Below are positions 1-14,200 of a DNA stretch of 64,000 nucleotides, piece by piece (the first letter of the stretch is position 1; each line of letters opens with the position of its first letter). The position numbers were made by a program, and so were the translations under genes. The notes beneath the pieces are model-generated. The model was not told the origin of the DNA and ran no database searches. It was given only the letters and a program-made list of their open reading frames with translations. Source of the DNA: Macrostomum lignano (lineage: Eukaryota); assembly GCA_002269645.1 (NCBI GenBank), contig NIVC01001688.1, forward strand, positions 62,001 through 126,000. The letters are read 5' to 3'.

Positions 1-1222
1 AATCGTGAAGTTTGGGGATCATGAAGTTTGGGATCATGAAGTTTGGTGATCATGAAGTTTGGGGATCGTGAAGTTTGGGGATCGTGAAGTTTGGGGATCG
101 TGAAGTTTGGGGATCGTGAAGTTTGGGGATCGTGAAGTTTGGGGATTATAAAGTTTGGGGATCGGAAAGTTTGGGGATCGTGAAGTTTGGGGATTATAAA
201 GTTTGGGGATCGGGAAGTTTGGGGATCGTGAAGTTTGGGTATTATAAAGTTTGGGGATCGGGAAGTTTGGGGATCGTGAAGTTTGGGGATCATGAAGTCT
301 GGGAATCATGAAGTTTGGGATCATGAAGTTTGGGGATCGTGAAGTTTGGGGATTATGAAGTTTGGGGATCGGGAAGTTTGGTGATCGTGAAGTTTGGGGA
401 TCGGGAAGTTTGGGGATTATGAAGTTTGGGGATCGTGAAGTTTGGGGATCGTGAAGTTTGGGGATCGTGAAGTTTGGGGATCATGAAGTTTGGGATCATG
501 AAGTTTGGTGATCATGAAGTTTGGGGATCGTGAAGTTTGGGGATCGGGAAGTTTGGGGATCGTGAAGTTTGGGTATTATAAAGTTTGGGGATCGGGAAGT
601 TTGGGGATCGTGAAGTTTGGGGATCATGAAGTCTGGGAATCATGAAGTTTGGGATCATGAAGTTTGGGGATCGTGAAGTTTGGGGATCGGGAAGTTTGGT
701 GATCGTGAAGTTTGGGGATCGGGAAGTTTGGGGATTATGAAGTTTGGGGATCGTGAAGTTTGGGGATCGTGAAGTTTGGGGATCGTGAAGTTTGGGGATC
801 ATGAAGTTTGGGATCATGAAGTTTGGTGATCATGAAGTTTGGGGATCGTGAAGTTTGGGGATCGTGAAGTTTGGGGATCGTGAAGTTTGAGGATCGTGAA
901 GTTTGGGGATCGTGAAGTTTGGGGATCGTGAAGTTTGGGGATCGTGAAGTTTGGGGATCGTGAAGTTTGGGGATCGTGAAGTTTGGGGATTATGAAGTTT
1001 GGGGATCGGGAAGTTTGGTGATCGTGAAGTTTGGGGATCATGAAGTTTGGGGATTATAAAGTTTGGGGGTTGTGAAGTTTGGGGATCATGAAGTTTGGGA
1101 TAAAAAAGTTTGGGGATCGTGAAGTTTGGGTAATAAAGTTTGAGGATCATGAAGTTTGGGGATCATGAAGTTTGGGGATCATGAAGTTCGGGATCATGAA
1201 GTTTGGGGATCGTGAAGTTTGG
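1..1222. repeat. 16-bp minisatellite (GAAGTTTGGGGATCGT)n, truncated by window edge
   Basis: Direct inspection; recurring variant blocks. Confidence 0.97.
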
Positions 1223-1999
1223 GGAAAAGTCGAGTTCGTCCCCCTCAAAACAGTCCGCAAGGCATGGCTTCGAGTCCAGAAGGAAGTGGCCTTCACTTCT
1301 GTTTGCTTCTGCTAATAGAAGCAGGCAGAACACAACTATAACCATAGGCTTGAAAGTATCTGAAAGTGCGACTTGCCGCTCATCTTCTATTCGAGTCTGG
1401 TTCCGCTTCCTGGCACTGCCGCGGCGAGTTCCAAGCAAAACGCGCTGAAGAAGAAAAACTTATCAAAGCAAATTGGAACTTTTTTCTCTCTCTCCTCTGC
1501 TGCTTCTTGAGCGCGTACCTTCTGAGTCTGAGCGGGCTTCTGCCGAGGGGGTCTCACGCAAATGCGGGAGAAGCAGGCGGGGGGGTCAGCGGGGTCAATG
1601 GGATCAGAGGCGGGGTTTTTAAAGACACAAGCAAGCGGCGAACAGGCGCTGTTGTTGTTGGGGTTAATCAAGATTTTTCTGATTCGCCTCCTCCGAGTCC
1701 CGTATCCGTCATCGATTCCCGGATCGCGCGCTACACGGCTTCAGACTTGAGGCGTTTCAAGTGTCTCCAGTTCCTGCTTTTCGCTTTGGTTCTCAGTATG
1801 GCCATTGATAGTTGATTAGCTCGATTAACCCGACTGAGATGGCCGCCCGCTGCCTGCCCGGAGTGGAATGCTCAGAAGAGCAAGAAGGATTCCATTTTTT
1901 GTTCGCTTTCATAGAATAACTATTTCAGTTGATGGCTCATGTTCCACTATATCTGCGGGAGCTGCTCGTGTTCGATGAAAATTTCACAAGCGATTGAAG

Positions 2000-2221
2000 C
2001 TTCATAAGCTCAAAATTTCATAAACTCGATATTTCATAAGCTCGACATTTCATAAGCTCGATATTTCATAAGCTCGACATTTCATAAGCTCGATATTTCA
2101 TAAGCTCGATATTTCATAAGCTCGACATTTCATAAGCTCGATATTTCATAAGCTCGATATTTCATAAGCTCGACATTTCATAAGCTCGATATTTCATAAG
2201 CTCGATATTTCATAAGCTCGA
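2000..2221. repeat. 16-bp minisatellite (CTCGATATTTCATAAG)n
   Basis: Direct inspection, about 13 copies. Confidence 0.95.
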
Positions 2222-2474
2222 AACTCGAGGGAGCTCATAAACGCCCATTTTAATGCTATCATTTTTATCTTTAATCCTCCTACATCTTTTCCTGAAATGG
2301 CTTTTTTTAATTAATTAAATTCTGAAAAAATCTTTTTCTTATTCAGTTTTTTTACCAGGTGAACAATACTACTCAACTCAGCAGCATGTATTGAACCAGT
2401 AATTTTTTTTCAGAGAGCCGTCCACTGGCAGTTTGACTTCTCTTTGTAGCTCAGCAGATTACGCTCGCAATGCC

Positions 2475-2743
2475 CCTGTAGTTCAGCAGATTGTGCCGGC
2501 AGATTCACCCTCCCCACCCTGTAGTTTAGCAGATTGTGCTGGCAGATTCACCCTCCCCACCCTGTAGTTTAGCAGATTGTGCTGGCAGATTCACCCTCCC
2601 CACCCCTGTAGTTCAGCAGATTGTGCCGGCAGATTCACCCTCCCCACCCCTGTAGTTTAGCAGATTGTGCTGGCAGATTCACCCTCCCCACCCCTGTAGT
2701 TTAGCAGATTGTGCTGGCAGATTCACCCTCCCCACCCCTGTAG
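2475..2743. repeat. 43-44-bp minisatellite (CCTGTAGTTTAGCAGATTGTGCTGGCAGATTCACCCTCCCCAC)n
   Basis: About 6 copies. Confidence 0.93.
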
Positions 2744-3249
2744 TTTTTTCTTATTCTGGAATTGAATTTCATAGCCATTCTCTAGCCAACACAACATTTC
2801 CATAAGAGCAAATGGAAATGTTATAAGCTAACGATACTACTCATCTGTCCTTGTCAGTAGTTCAGTATGGGAAACTGCTTATTTTAAATACAAAAAACTT
2901 ACCGCTCCGAGGGAAAATGCGAGAACGGGCTGGCATGGCTGATGGACAAAGGCACCAGTGAGCCGGACAGGAACTGAGGCACAATGCAACCATAAAAGCG
3001 ATCCATTACCGCCCCACTTCCGGTTGCAGTGTTTTAGTTGGACCGCCGGTTAAACAGTTAAATGCGGCTTATTGTGAAGGTGTCAATCATCAAACATTGT
3101 TTCCGACAAAGAGTGCTATTGTATTTAGAAATTGGCTGAACTGCAGAATTAGTGCTCTGAATGCACTGGCCTCACTTTGGTAATATTTTCAACAGAATAT
3201 TTTATTTAAATAATATTGACATGTGTACATGCTATAGAAGTCAAAGACT

Positions 3250-4048
3250 GCCATACTCTGCATACTGTAGGTCACACAGTGGAATATTCCACATACTGTG
3301 GGTCACACAGTGCCATATTCCACATACTGTGGGTCACACAGTGCCATATTTTACATACTGTAGGTCACACAGTGCCTTATTCCACATACTGTGTGTCACA
3401 CAGTGCAATATTCTACATAATGTATGTCACACAGTGCAATATTCTACATACTGTAGGTCACACAGTGCAATATTCCACATATTGTAGGTCACACAGTGCA
3501 ATATTCCACATACTGTAGGTCACACAGTGCAATATTCCACATACTGTAGGTCACACAGTGCAATATTCCACATACTGTAGGTCACACAGTGCAATATTCC
3601 ACATATTGTAGGTCACACAGTGACATATTCCACATACTGTAGGTCACACAGTGCCATATTCCACATACTGTAGGTCACACAGTGCCATATTCCACATACT
3701 GTATGTCACACAGTGCAATATTCTACATACTGTAGGTCACACAGTGCAATATTCCACATACTGTACGTCACACAGTGCAATATTCCACATACTGTAGGTC
3801 ACTCAGTGCCATATTCCACATACTGTAGGTCACACAGTGCAATATTCCACATACTGTAGGTCACACAGTGACATATTCCACATACTGTAGGTCACACAGT
3901 GCCATATTTTACATACTGTAGGTCACACAGTGACATATTCCACATACTGTAGGTCACACAGTGCCATATTCCACATACTGTAGGTCACACAGTGCCATAT
4001 TTTACATACTGTAGGTCACACAGTGACATATTCCACATACTGTAGGTC
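3250..4048. repeat. 30-bp minisatellite (CATACTGTAGGTCACACAGTGCAATATTCCA-like)
   Basis: About 26 copies; most units contain AGGTCA. Confidence 0.95.
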
Positions 4049-4619
4049 ATAGAGTGCTGTAATAAATTATTGATTATTTTGACTTCTGTAGGATTAAAAA
4101 AAATATATTTTCACTTGAAGAGGTTAAGACAAACTGCAGTTGCTTCCAGAAGACCCAGTCGCCTGCTGCATCTCCATCTTAGTCCCGGAGGCTACTTACG
4201 GTCCAGTTTAATTAACTCGAACTGCCCCCCCCCACCTCAGGGCTTCCTTTAAAGTGATTGATGACGCCTAGACTGTCCTCCAGCATCCCCAGCATTGGTG
4301 AGCGAAGGTGAACCAGACGACACTGCCAAGCTTGCGGCTGCTTTCGGGCTTAATGACCGCTGCAGTTCTTCATCTGAAACAGTTTCCCAGTCTGGCTATG
4401 GGCTGGGGGCTCAGCCTAGCGACTTTTCGCGGGGGCTGGGTGGGAGGGAGGCGCAGCTGCTCCCAGCCGCCCAGAATTCTCTTTTCTGGTTTCTCCACAG
4501 TCGTTCGACATTAAAATTTCACTTGGCACCACCTGAGACCAAAGAGCCGAACTCTGCAGACTTGCCTCTGCTGCAGCCTCAGTGCTGCAATTCCAGGGCT
4601 TGCGGGGCTTCCGTTTCTC

Positions 4620-4895
<276 letters not shown>

Positions 4896-5314
4896 CAGTA
4901 GTCGATGCTGTAGAGCTTTTTCTGTGGGCAAGACATTTTGTCTGATTACCTATGTGCTGCAACCGGTGGTGCCCCTTAGCGGTTATAAATTGTGCCGAAA
5001 ATCCCGTTGCAATTACTTCCCTTGATGGCACGTGTCCGTATCAACGCCTGTGATCTGTTGTTAAAAGGGACACATCTGCTTGTCTTCGAACAGTTTGGGT
5101 TTTACAATTTGGCAGATTTGAATCTTTGCGATGACCGTCTTGGCCCATCCGTCTTAGCTTTGGCTGTTTCTTTTCGAGTCTTGCCAATGTGAACCGTGAA
5201 TTCCTACTTGGACTCTGTCAGAATTATTGCAGCATAAAGTATCAATATCGATTGATTGTCTGCATTGTTTCGAGACTGAGTGTCATTAGAAATATTGAGT
5301 TGTCATTGGTTTCT

Positions 5315-6112
5315 GACTGAGTTCTTATTAGAATGACTGAGCTGATATTAGGATGACGGAGTTGATATTAGGATGACTGAGTTGATATTAGAATGACTGA
5401 GCTGATATTAGGATGACTGAGTTGATATTAGGATGACTGAGAGATATTAGAATGACTGAGTTGGTATTAGGATGACTGAGAGATATTAGAATGACTGAGT
5501 TGGTATTAGAATGACTGAGTTGGTATTAGAATGACTGAGTTGGTATTAGAATGACTGAGTTGGTATTAGGATGACTGAGAGATATTAGAATGACTGAGTT
5601 GGTATTAGAATAACTGAGTTGGTATTAGAATGACTGAGTTGGTATTAGAATGACTGAGTTGGTATTAGAATGACTGAGTTGGTATTAGGATGACTGAGAG
5701 ATATTAGAATGACTGAGTTGGTATTAGGATGACTGAGAGATATTAGAATGACTGAGTTGGTATTAGGATGACTGAGAGATATTAGAATGACTGAGTTGGT
5801 ATTAGAATGACTGAGTTGGTATTAGAATGACTGAGAGATATTAGAATGACTGAGTTGGTATTAGAATGACTGAGTTGGTATTAGAATGACTTAGTTGGTA
5901 TTAGAATGACTGAGTTGGTATTAGAATGACTGAGTTGGTATTAGGATGACTGAGAGATATTAGAATGACTGAGTTGGTATTAGAATGACTGAGAGATATT
6001 AGAATGACTGAGTTGGTATTAGGATGACTGAGAGATATTAGAATGACTGAGTTGGTATTAGGATGACTGAGTTGGTATTAGGATGACTGAGAGATATTAG
6101 AATGACTGAGTT
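5315..6112. repeat. 20-bp minisatellite (TATTAGAATGACTGAGTTGG)n
   Basis: About 40 copies. Confidence 0.95.
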
Positions 6113-7295
6113 GTTTTTAAGTAGATTGAGTCTCATTAAGATGAGTAAGTTGCTATTTTTGATAACTGAGTTGTCAGTTAAGAAAGTTGCCACCAACGGT
6201 ACTGATTGAACAATAAAAATGATTGAGTTTCCGTTCGCATGACAGAGCGGTCATCAGTATTAGCCAAACAGAAATCACTTTTTCTCAGTTAAGCCCTAAT
6301 CGCCCTCCCCAATGCAGCCAAAAATGTTTGGTCACTGAAAGCCAATGGTCGGTGGCCTGGCGGACCCGGTTCTGGAGCCGCACCGCATCAGGGATGAAGG
6401 AGATTCAGCAGGCGGAGACCAGCCCCGCCCCCCAGAGCTGACGGAGTCTGGAGGAGCTGTAATGCAATTTGCCAGAACGTCGCCCACCCTCAGGGGAGTT
6501 TGATCCCCTTGGGGGGAGGGCGGTGGGCGGGAACTGGTGGGAACAAGCCCTCTCCTCCCACTCTTCCCCATCCGATCCCGCGGCCGGGCCCCACTTGTTT
6601 GCGGTAATCAAATCATGGCAAGGATAGTGTACGATAAAGTAATTAGAGAGCGGAGGAGGCTGAGGGGCCGCCGCCGCATCTCAGGCTAATCATGCCGCCA
6701 GCAGGATCAGGAGTCAGGGCCTGTGTCAGCCTGGGCCGTGGCCTTCCCCAACCCTCCCTTCATCCCCGCCAAAGCCCTGCGCCTGTGCCCTATGCGAAAT
6801 ACTCAGAAGGCAATCCCGCTGCTTCAAGACTTGGCCTGGCTGGGGTTTGCAGTTGGGGCATTTTGAGGAACCTGAACCCAATTTACATGTAAATCAGCAG
6901 ATGACGGGTAGCTGTCTCTCCTCTCCTCTCTCTCCTCCCTCTTCTCTCATCTCCCTATCGAGCAAAGCAGGCAGTGGAAACAGCGGCCGCTAAAGCAGCT
7001 CATTACCTGCCACTGCTCCCGCGAGTGCCGCCCCTTAATCCCTCTGCTGTCCTAGCAAATCCGAAATCTGCGCGAGCTGCATGTGGAAGCAGAGTTGGGG
7101 GCAATGCGGGCTCTTCAAGGCCCAGTGCCGATACTCCAAAATCTCTTTCACGGGCTGCACTCGCCGCCCTCTACAGAATAAAAGCCTAACGATTTTTTAA
7201 CAAAGCAAAACAAATCTTTGTAGGCGTCTGCTTTGCAATTAAAAGAGAAATTAAAGCTGATAATTAATACGGTTGTAGTACGAATGTATGAAACA

Positions 7296-7301
7296 TTTAT
7301 T
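7296..7301 (-). terminator. Putative NR2F polyadenylation signal AATAAA
   Basis: Plus-strand TTTATT in AT-rich sequence downstream of NR2F, followed on the minus strand by U-rich tracts. Confidence 0.4.
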
Positions 7302-7754
7302 GGTGGGCATGTTACCAACTACACAAAAATTAACATTACGCGTTTCAGACTTATATGTTACAAAATCAAAAGCAAAAGACAGAAGCAGACAGTGCAGACA
7401 GGGCAAAGCTGGCGTTACAAATTCTTGCACAAGAAAAAAGACAAAACCATGTCGGACGTTACTCAAAGCGAATAAACAGAAAACAAATTCTTGCTTAAAC
7501 AAAACACGTATCGCGTTGTGCACTGTACCGTATTCTTGGGTTCAAATCTTTGTTGTTGTAGCTGCGGCGGGACTGGGGGCGGCTGCAATGCTGAACTTCA
7601 CAATATTGATGTCGAATCGGGTTTAACATAACATTTTTGTGTATTAGCATGGATCATTGATTGTACACAAAAGGGAGACTCGATCACAGACACTGAGGTA
7701 TAGCATGGACAGATTTGAAACTGCAGTCCTGCGGATCGCTGACAAGATATCTTG

Positions 7755-8266
<512 letters not shown>

Positions 8267-8284
8267 CTGGAATCAGTTTGCTTC

Positions 8285-11200
8285 TCACCACGCCACAGCT
8301 GAGACGCTCGCCGATCCGCCGACAGCGGTTGCAGCGGTGCGCGAAGTCGCTCCCGAAGATGTTGACGACGTTGGCGGAGTTCGCACCGAGGCTGGAGCCG
8401 ACGAGGATGACGAAGAATTCGAGCACGCCGACGATGCCGACGAGGATGTCGATGTCGGAGTTGACGACGGCGCGTTTGAATTTGCGGCTGCCGATGCGGC
8501 GGCGGCAGCGGCGGCGGCTGCGGTGGCGGCGGCAGAATGGGCGAAGTGCAAATACTGGGTCAGCTGGTGCGGCATCGGGTAGGCCAGAGATCCGGGATGC
8601 TGCTGGTGCAGCTGGTGATGCAGCTGGTGCTGCAGCTGGTGATGCAGCTGGTGCTGCTGCTGGTGATGTTGCTGCTGGCCTATGAACGGCAGCGGCGGGC
8701 CCATAGACCGGTGGCCGCTGAGCAGCAGGTCGTGCAGCACAGCGTCAATGGGCGTCTTGCCAGTCATCTTGACGAAGAACAGCTGCTCGAGGACGGTGGC
8801 CGGCAGCCGGCGGAGCTGCGGCAGCCGCAGGAGCAGCTTGCCAAACCTGGCAGGCTGGTGCGGATACTGGTAGCGCACGTACTCTTCGAATGCGCACTGC
8901 ACTTTCTCTTGGATACCGTCCACCTGCGCCGGGTCGGTGAGGCCGGGAACGTCTGCTCGATGGTAAGGGCGGTCGATGAGGTCAGTATTGTTTTTTATGG
9001 TACAATTCACGCCTATGGGGCCAAGCCCCTAAGTGCTGTACACCCTGTGTGATGTACATCCTGTGTGATGTACACCCTGTGTGCTGTACACCCTGTGTGA
9101 TGTACATCCTGTGTGATGTACACCCTGTGTGCTGTACACCCTGTGTGATGTACACCCTGTGTGCTGTACACCCTGTGTGATGTACATCCTGTGTGATGTA
9201 CACCCTGTGTGCTGTACACCCTGTGTGATGTACATCCTGTGTGATGTACACCCTGTGTGCTGTACACCCTGTGTGCTGTACACCCTGAGTGCTGTACACC
9301 CTGTGTGCTGTACACCCTGTGTGCTGTACACCCTGTTTGCTGTACACCCCGAGTGCTGTACACCCTTGTGCTTTACAACTGTGTGCTGTACACCCTGTGT
9401 GCTGTACACCCTGTGTGCTGTACACCCTGTGTGCTGTACACCCTGTTTGCTGTACACCCTGAGTGCTGTACACCCTTGTGCTGTACACCCTGTTTGCTGT
9501 ACACCCTGAGTGCTGTACACCCTTGTGCTGTACACCCTGTGTGCTGTACACCCTGTGTGCTGTACACCCTGTTTGCTGTACACCCCGAGTGCTGTACACC
9601 CTTGTGCTTTACAACTGTGTGCTGTACACCCTGTGTGCTGTACACCCTGTGTGCTGTACACCCTGTTTGCTGTACACCCTGAGTGCTGTACACCCTTGTG
9701 CTGTACACCCTGTTTGCTGTACACCCTGAGTGCTGTACACCCTTGTGCTGTACACCCTGTGTGCTGTACACCCTGTGTGCTGTACACCCTGTTTGCTGTA
9801 CACCCCGAGTGCTGTACACCCTTGTGCTTTACAACTGTGTGCTGTACACCCTGTGTGCTGTACACCCTGTGTGCTGTACACCCTGTGTGCTGTACACCCT
9901 GTGTGCTGTACACCCCGAGTGCTGTACACCCTGTGTGCTGTACACCCTGTGTGCTGTACACCCTGTGTGCTGTACACCCCGAGTGCTGTACACCCTTGTG
10001 CTTTACAACTGTGTGCTGTACACCCTGTTTGCTGTACACCCTGTGTGCTGTGTACACCGTGTGTGCTGTGTAAACCGTGTGTGCTGTGTACACCCTGTGT
10101 GCTGTGTACACCCTGTGTTCTGTGTACACCCTGTGTGCTGTGTACACCCTGTGTCCTGTGTACACCCCTGTGTGCTGTGGCCAGCGCAACGGGCCATACC
10201 TGCTTGCCTTCAATGGTGCCCACAGCCCCCTGCAAAACTATAAAAACTATATATCCGGTTGATCCAGTTTCTCACCACCCGCAACCACCCGCCAGCAACT
10301 AAGCATCTCTAATGCAGAAGCCTCGCAGACCAGAGATACATGCCCTGTGATCTGCACAGCTGCCCTCCATCACCGGCTCACCTGAGTTGAACAACGCGAT
10401 GGCCTTCAGGCAGGAGAACTCGGCCGGGTCCACCCGCAGCGCTCGAAGCTTCTCCACCTGGTCGTGAAACAGCCTGGCGTACCCGGCGTACAATGCGGTC
10501 CTTTCTGGCGGCCCGCCGGCGGCTGCCGCAGCAGCCATGGCCGGTCCAGCATGAATTGGCGCGGCCGAGTGAGCGGCCGTCAAGATGAACAGCTCGGACC
10601 AGGAGTGGCTGAGCAGGGTGAGCTGGTCGGCCGGCTGCAGCTCCGGGTAGAACGGGATGTTCTTGATCCAGGCCACGGTGGTGAACAGCAGCTGGGCTGC
10701 CATCTCGCTGGCAGAGTCCGAGCTGCTGCTCAGGCTTCCAGATGTCGATGCGGGCGGTGGCGGCGGCGGCGGTGGCGGCAGCGGCGGCGGCGGTGGCGCT
10801 GCTGGCTGAGGCGGCGGTGCTGGTGGCTGAGATGGCGGAGGTGGCGGCGGCGGCGGCGGCGGTTGCTGGGGCGGAGGCGGCGGCGGGTGCTGTGGGCGGG
10901 CGTGAGAGCCGGCGGGTCCGGACTGCGCAAGCGGCTGATGGAACCGCGGCCGCGAAGTCGGCGTCGGAAGCGACGACGTAGCCGAAGACGACGTGGCTGA
11001 CGCGGAGGTCGACGCGGCAGCGGCGGCTGCGGCGGCGGCAGCGGCGGCTGCAGCGTGGGGAGCCTCGGCGCGCAGCAGCAAGTTGATGAAGGAGGAGAAG
11101 TAGGAGGGCGGCGCGAACGGCGGGAAGAGGCCCGCGTAGGCCTGCTGGAACGGCGGGATCCGGCCCTGCTGCACAGCTGCAATGAGCCCGGGGGGTTGGG

Positions 11201-14200
11201 TGGGGCAGGCTTATAATTATTGTTTGCCTTTCGCCGGTGAGCTACCGACACTGAAAAGCAGAGAAAGAGATAAAAGCGGAAAAAGAGACTTATGGTGTTT
11301 TTCTTTCGGTGCAATGAAGGAGTGGGTTGAGAAAGAAGAGCGAGCAGCGCCCGTGAAGCTTTCAGCGCGGAACGGCCGAGAGTCTCGTGGGATGCCCCCC
11401 CCCCCCTGCCCTCCCCTGGCTAGCCTTGGCCGAAGCGATCTATCAGGTGAGGAACCCGGCCAGCAATTTCACGGCCTGGGGACGCGCCGGGGGCCGATCT
11501 GTCACGGCCCTCCTCCGCTCCTCTCTCGTTCCTGTCGCCAAGGTGAAGCTTAAGGAGCGGCAAACCTTGTGTTTTAGGGGGCTGATAAATGAGGCCGCGG
11601 GAGCAGACTTGGGTGATGGGGAGCTGCCGAGGTTGAGAGGTGAGATCCTCCTGCCTCCATCAATCAGTCGTGGGGTCGCCAGAGACAGTGGAGGAAGTCT
11701 GTCTGGACGCCCCACACCTGTTGAGGCGGCAGCGATGCTGCGCTGGGGGTCGAACCGGTTAAAATAATCTTGCAAATTCGTTTAACCGCATTCGACACGT
11801 CAACTGGGCGACAGGCGAATGGCGTGACTCATCCCTGACTATCCGGCAGCGTTGCAAGCTCCAATCCCAGCATGTCACAAGCCAATCTGCCGCTGTGTTT
11901 TTTTCTCACTCCTCGACTCCTCGCCAGCCTGTCATTTGCTTGGCTGAGTCCCCAGGACTTCCCTGGCCTCTTTGTGCTCTCGGCAGTTGTTAAGAGTGGC
12001 CTTTCCGGACTCGCCAGTTTGATGAGGCGGAGGCTGAGGCTTTGTCTGCCGCTACTACCTACGAGGGCGGAGCCCCTGATTAGGGGGGGTTGGGCTGACA
12101 GAGATCCCCACACTTTTTTTCTCGCCCTGCTTGAGAAAGAAGATTCTCTGATCCCAGGCCGTTGAGTCGAAGGAAAGAGAAAGGTCCGGTGGCTCGCATA
12201 CGCAGCCCGGACATCCCACGGGGCGGAGGTGGGGATGAAAATCCCCCTGGGGCCCGGTATAGCGCGGCGGGCAAGCATCCGTTAACAAGGTTTGCAAAGG
12301 TCCCAGGGTCCTCCGATGTCTCTCGATCTTCGCTCCCCGCCGGCGATATCCCCCCGTCGCGGCGGCCCCCTTTTTATCCCTCTACGCAGGCCGCCGCATC
12401 CCTCCTTGACTTTTTTCTCCCCTTCTTACGTCTCTCCGCCTTTCACGCTTGGAGTCGCCTCCCCTGTCCTGCTCCAGTTTGCTGGCCGTGCGCAGCGGCG
12501 GCGGGCACAACAGTTAATGACATTGGAAGCCGCGGGAGCTGGGGCGGCGGGTGGAGGGACTCAGACTCGGCCCAATTAACCGGAGAGGCAACACTTTCAC
12601 CTATATAGTAGGCTCAGGTTTGAGCAGGTCGGAGGGGCGGGGCACAGGTTCACTCCCGGAGAGGAAGGGGCAAAAGGCGCGAGGTCCCAGCCCACCGAAT
12701 ACGCCTGGCTATTGTATGTCGCATCCCCTGTCAATCTTTTGGCCCAGGGCTCGCACACGCCATCCCACTTAGTGAGATGGTAGTGCTCACAGCTCCTAAC
12801 CGTCTACCGACAATTAACTGGGACATCCGGTAAGCGGTCTCGCACCGAGGCGAAGCCAAGCCAGCTAATGCAGCCTTGAGCCGGATGCGTGCAGACTCTA
12901 CTCTGTGCGTGCGACTTCTCTGGTGGGCAAAACTGCCAAGCATTTCATGGGACACCAATTATTGCAGCCTGCCTTGACTGCGCGAGTCCTCCGTTAGCTG
13001 TGGCGTAGCTATTCTCGGAGAAAATGGTGTGCGCTTGAAGCGACTCCCAGGTGACCGGGCGGATTAATTGCGCCCGTAGGCCCTCCGATTGGGGATTTGC
13101 ACCTTGCTAATAACTCGGCTTGGCTCTGTCTCTTTTTAACTCTCCGCAATCCTCAATGGAGCCTCTGCCGTGAACCGCCGCACGCGCGACGCCACCACCC
13201 CAGACGCACCGATTAATTTTTTTTTGACTTTCGCCAAGCCTTTGAAGATTCTCCCCAATAAGCCCCGTCCTCTGAGACCCTGCTGGCCGGCTGCGGGAGG
13301 GAGGGACAGACAGATAATTAAAGACCCTCGTCCGACCGAGCCTTTTGTGTAGCTGAGCATCAAAGTTTTTTCCTCATTTTTATCGATACGCCCATCAGAG
13401 TTGCAGCTCAGTGGGAGCCCCCCCAGGTGACTTGAGATGACCGCACGCTGGGCCGGTGAGAGGGGGGATCAGAGCATCAGATTTATCTGTCGTGCTGTTT
13501 TTAACAAACTTGGTCGATCCTACCAGACCACTCAAGCATTGTCCATACAGCCCCTCTGCTGTTAAGGACAGTGGCCAGTGTAAAGTGGTCCTCAGTTCGT
13601 TGAGAATAGGGCAGCGCTGTCTGTCGGCAGTCGACAAAGGCGCAGGTGTTCCCGATCACCTGTGCTCCAATCCCCTCGGGTTGTCCCAGTGGCCGCGGCT
13701 CGAGTTGAGACACGTGCTGCCAAACACAAAGGAGCCGAAGATAAACCAGGACTGCACAGACAACTCCTTGAGGATCTTATTATGAATTCGAATCCAAGAT
13801 TCACGCAACTGACCGGACTTATGTAGTAATGATCCCGGGCTGTTGCGATGAAGCTTCCTCGGGAGCGGTGGCAACACTTGGTGCTTCGAAATATTTCAGT
13901 TGAAGTGCGGTTGCCATGGGGAATTGCTCGCGGGGAAACCAAAGATAGAACTTTATGACTGAGGCTGTCATTAGGGAAGAGATAAAGCACATTTCCGCCA
14001 CCCCAAATCCGCTCCTATCCGCCCTCGAATCCGCTCCTATCCTCCACGAATCCGCTCCTATCCGCCCTCGAATCCGCTCCTATCCTCCACGAATCCGCTC
14101 CTATCCGCCCCCGAATCCGCTCCTATCCGCCCCCGAATCCGCTCCTATCCGCCCTCGAATCCGCTCCTATCCTCCACGAATCCGCTCCTATCCGCCCTCG

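Larger units (their letters stand above)
1222..3023 (-). other. Candidate 5' end of a spliced minus-strand transcript running off the left side
   Basis: ETS-like CCGGAAGTG and GC box at 3009-3023, perfect donor G|GTAAGT at 2902, a 74-nt GT-AG intron-like segment 1445-1518, and ATG 1345 starting a signal-peptide-like MVIVVFCLLLLAEANRSEG. No family motif recognised. Confidence 0.3.

Noticed and set aside
8953-8970. CCTTAC near the NR2F exon 4 acceptor as a U12 branch point
   Set aside because: The matching donor is GTGAGC (U2-type), not GTATCCTT.
13780-13800. TTCGAATCC as a tRNA or SINE B-box
   Set aside because: No A-box at suitable spacing and no cloverleaf.
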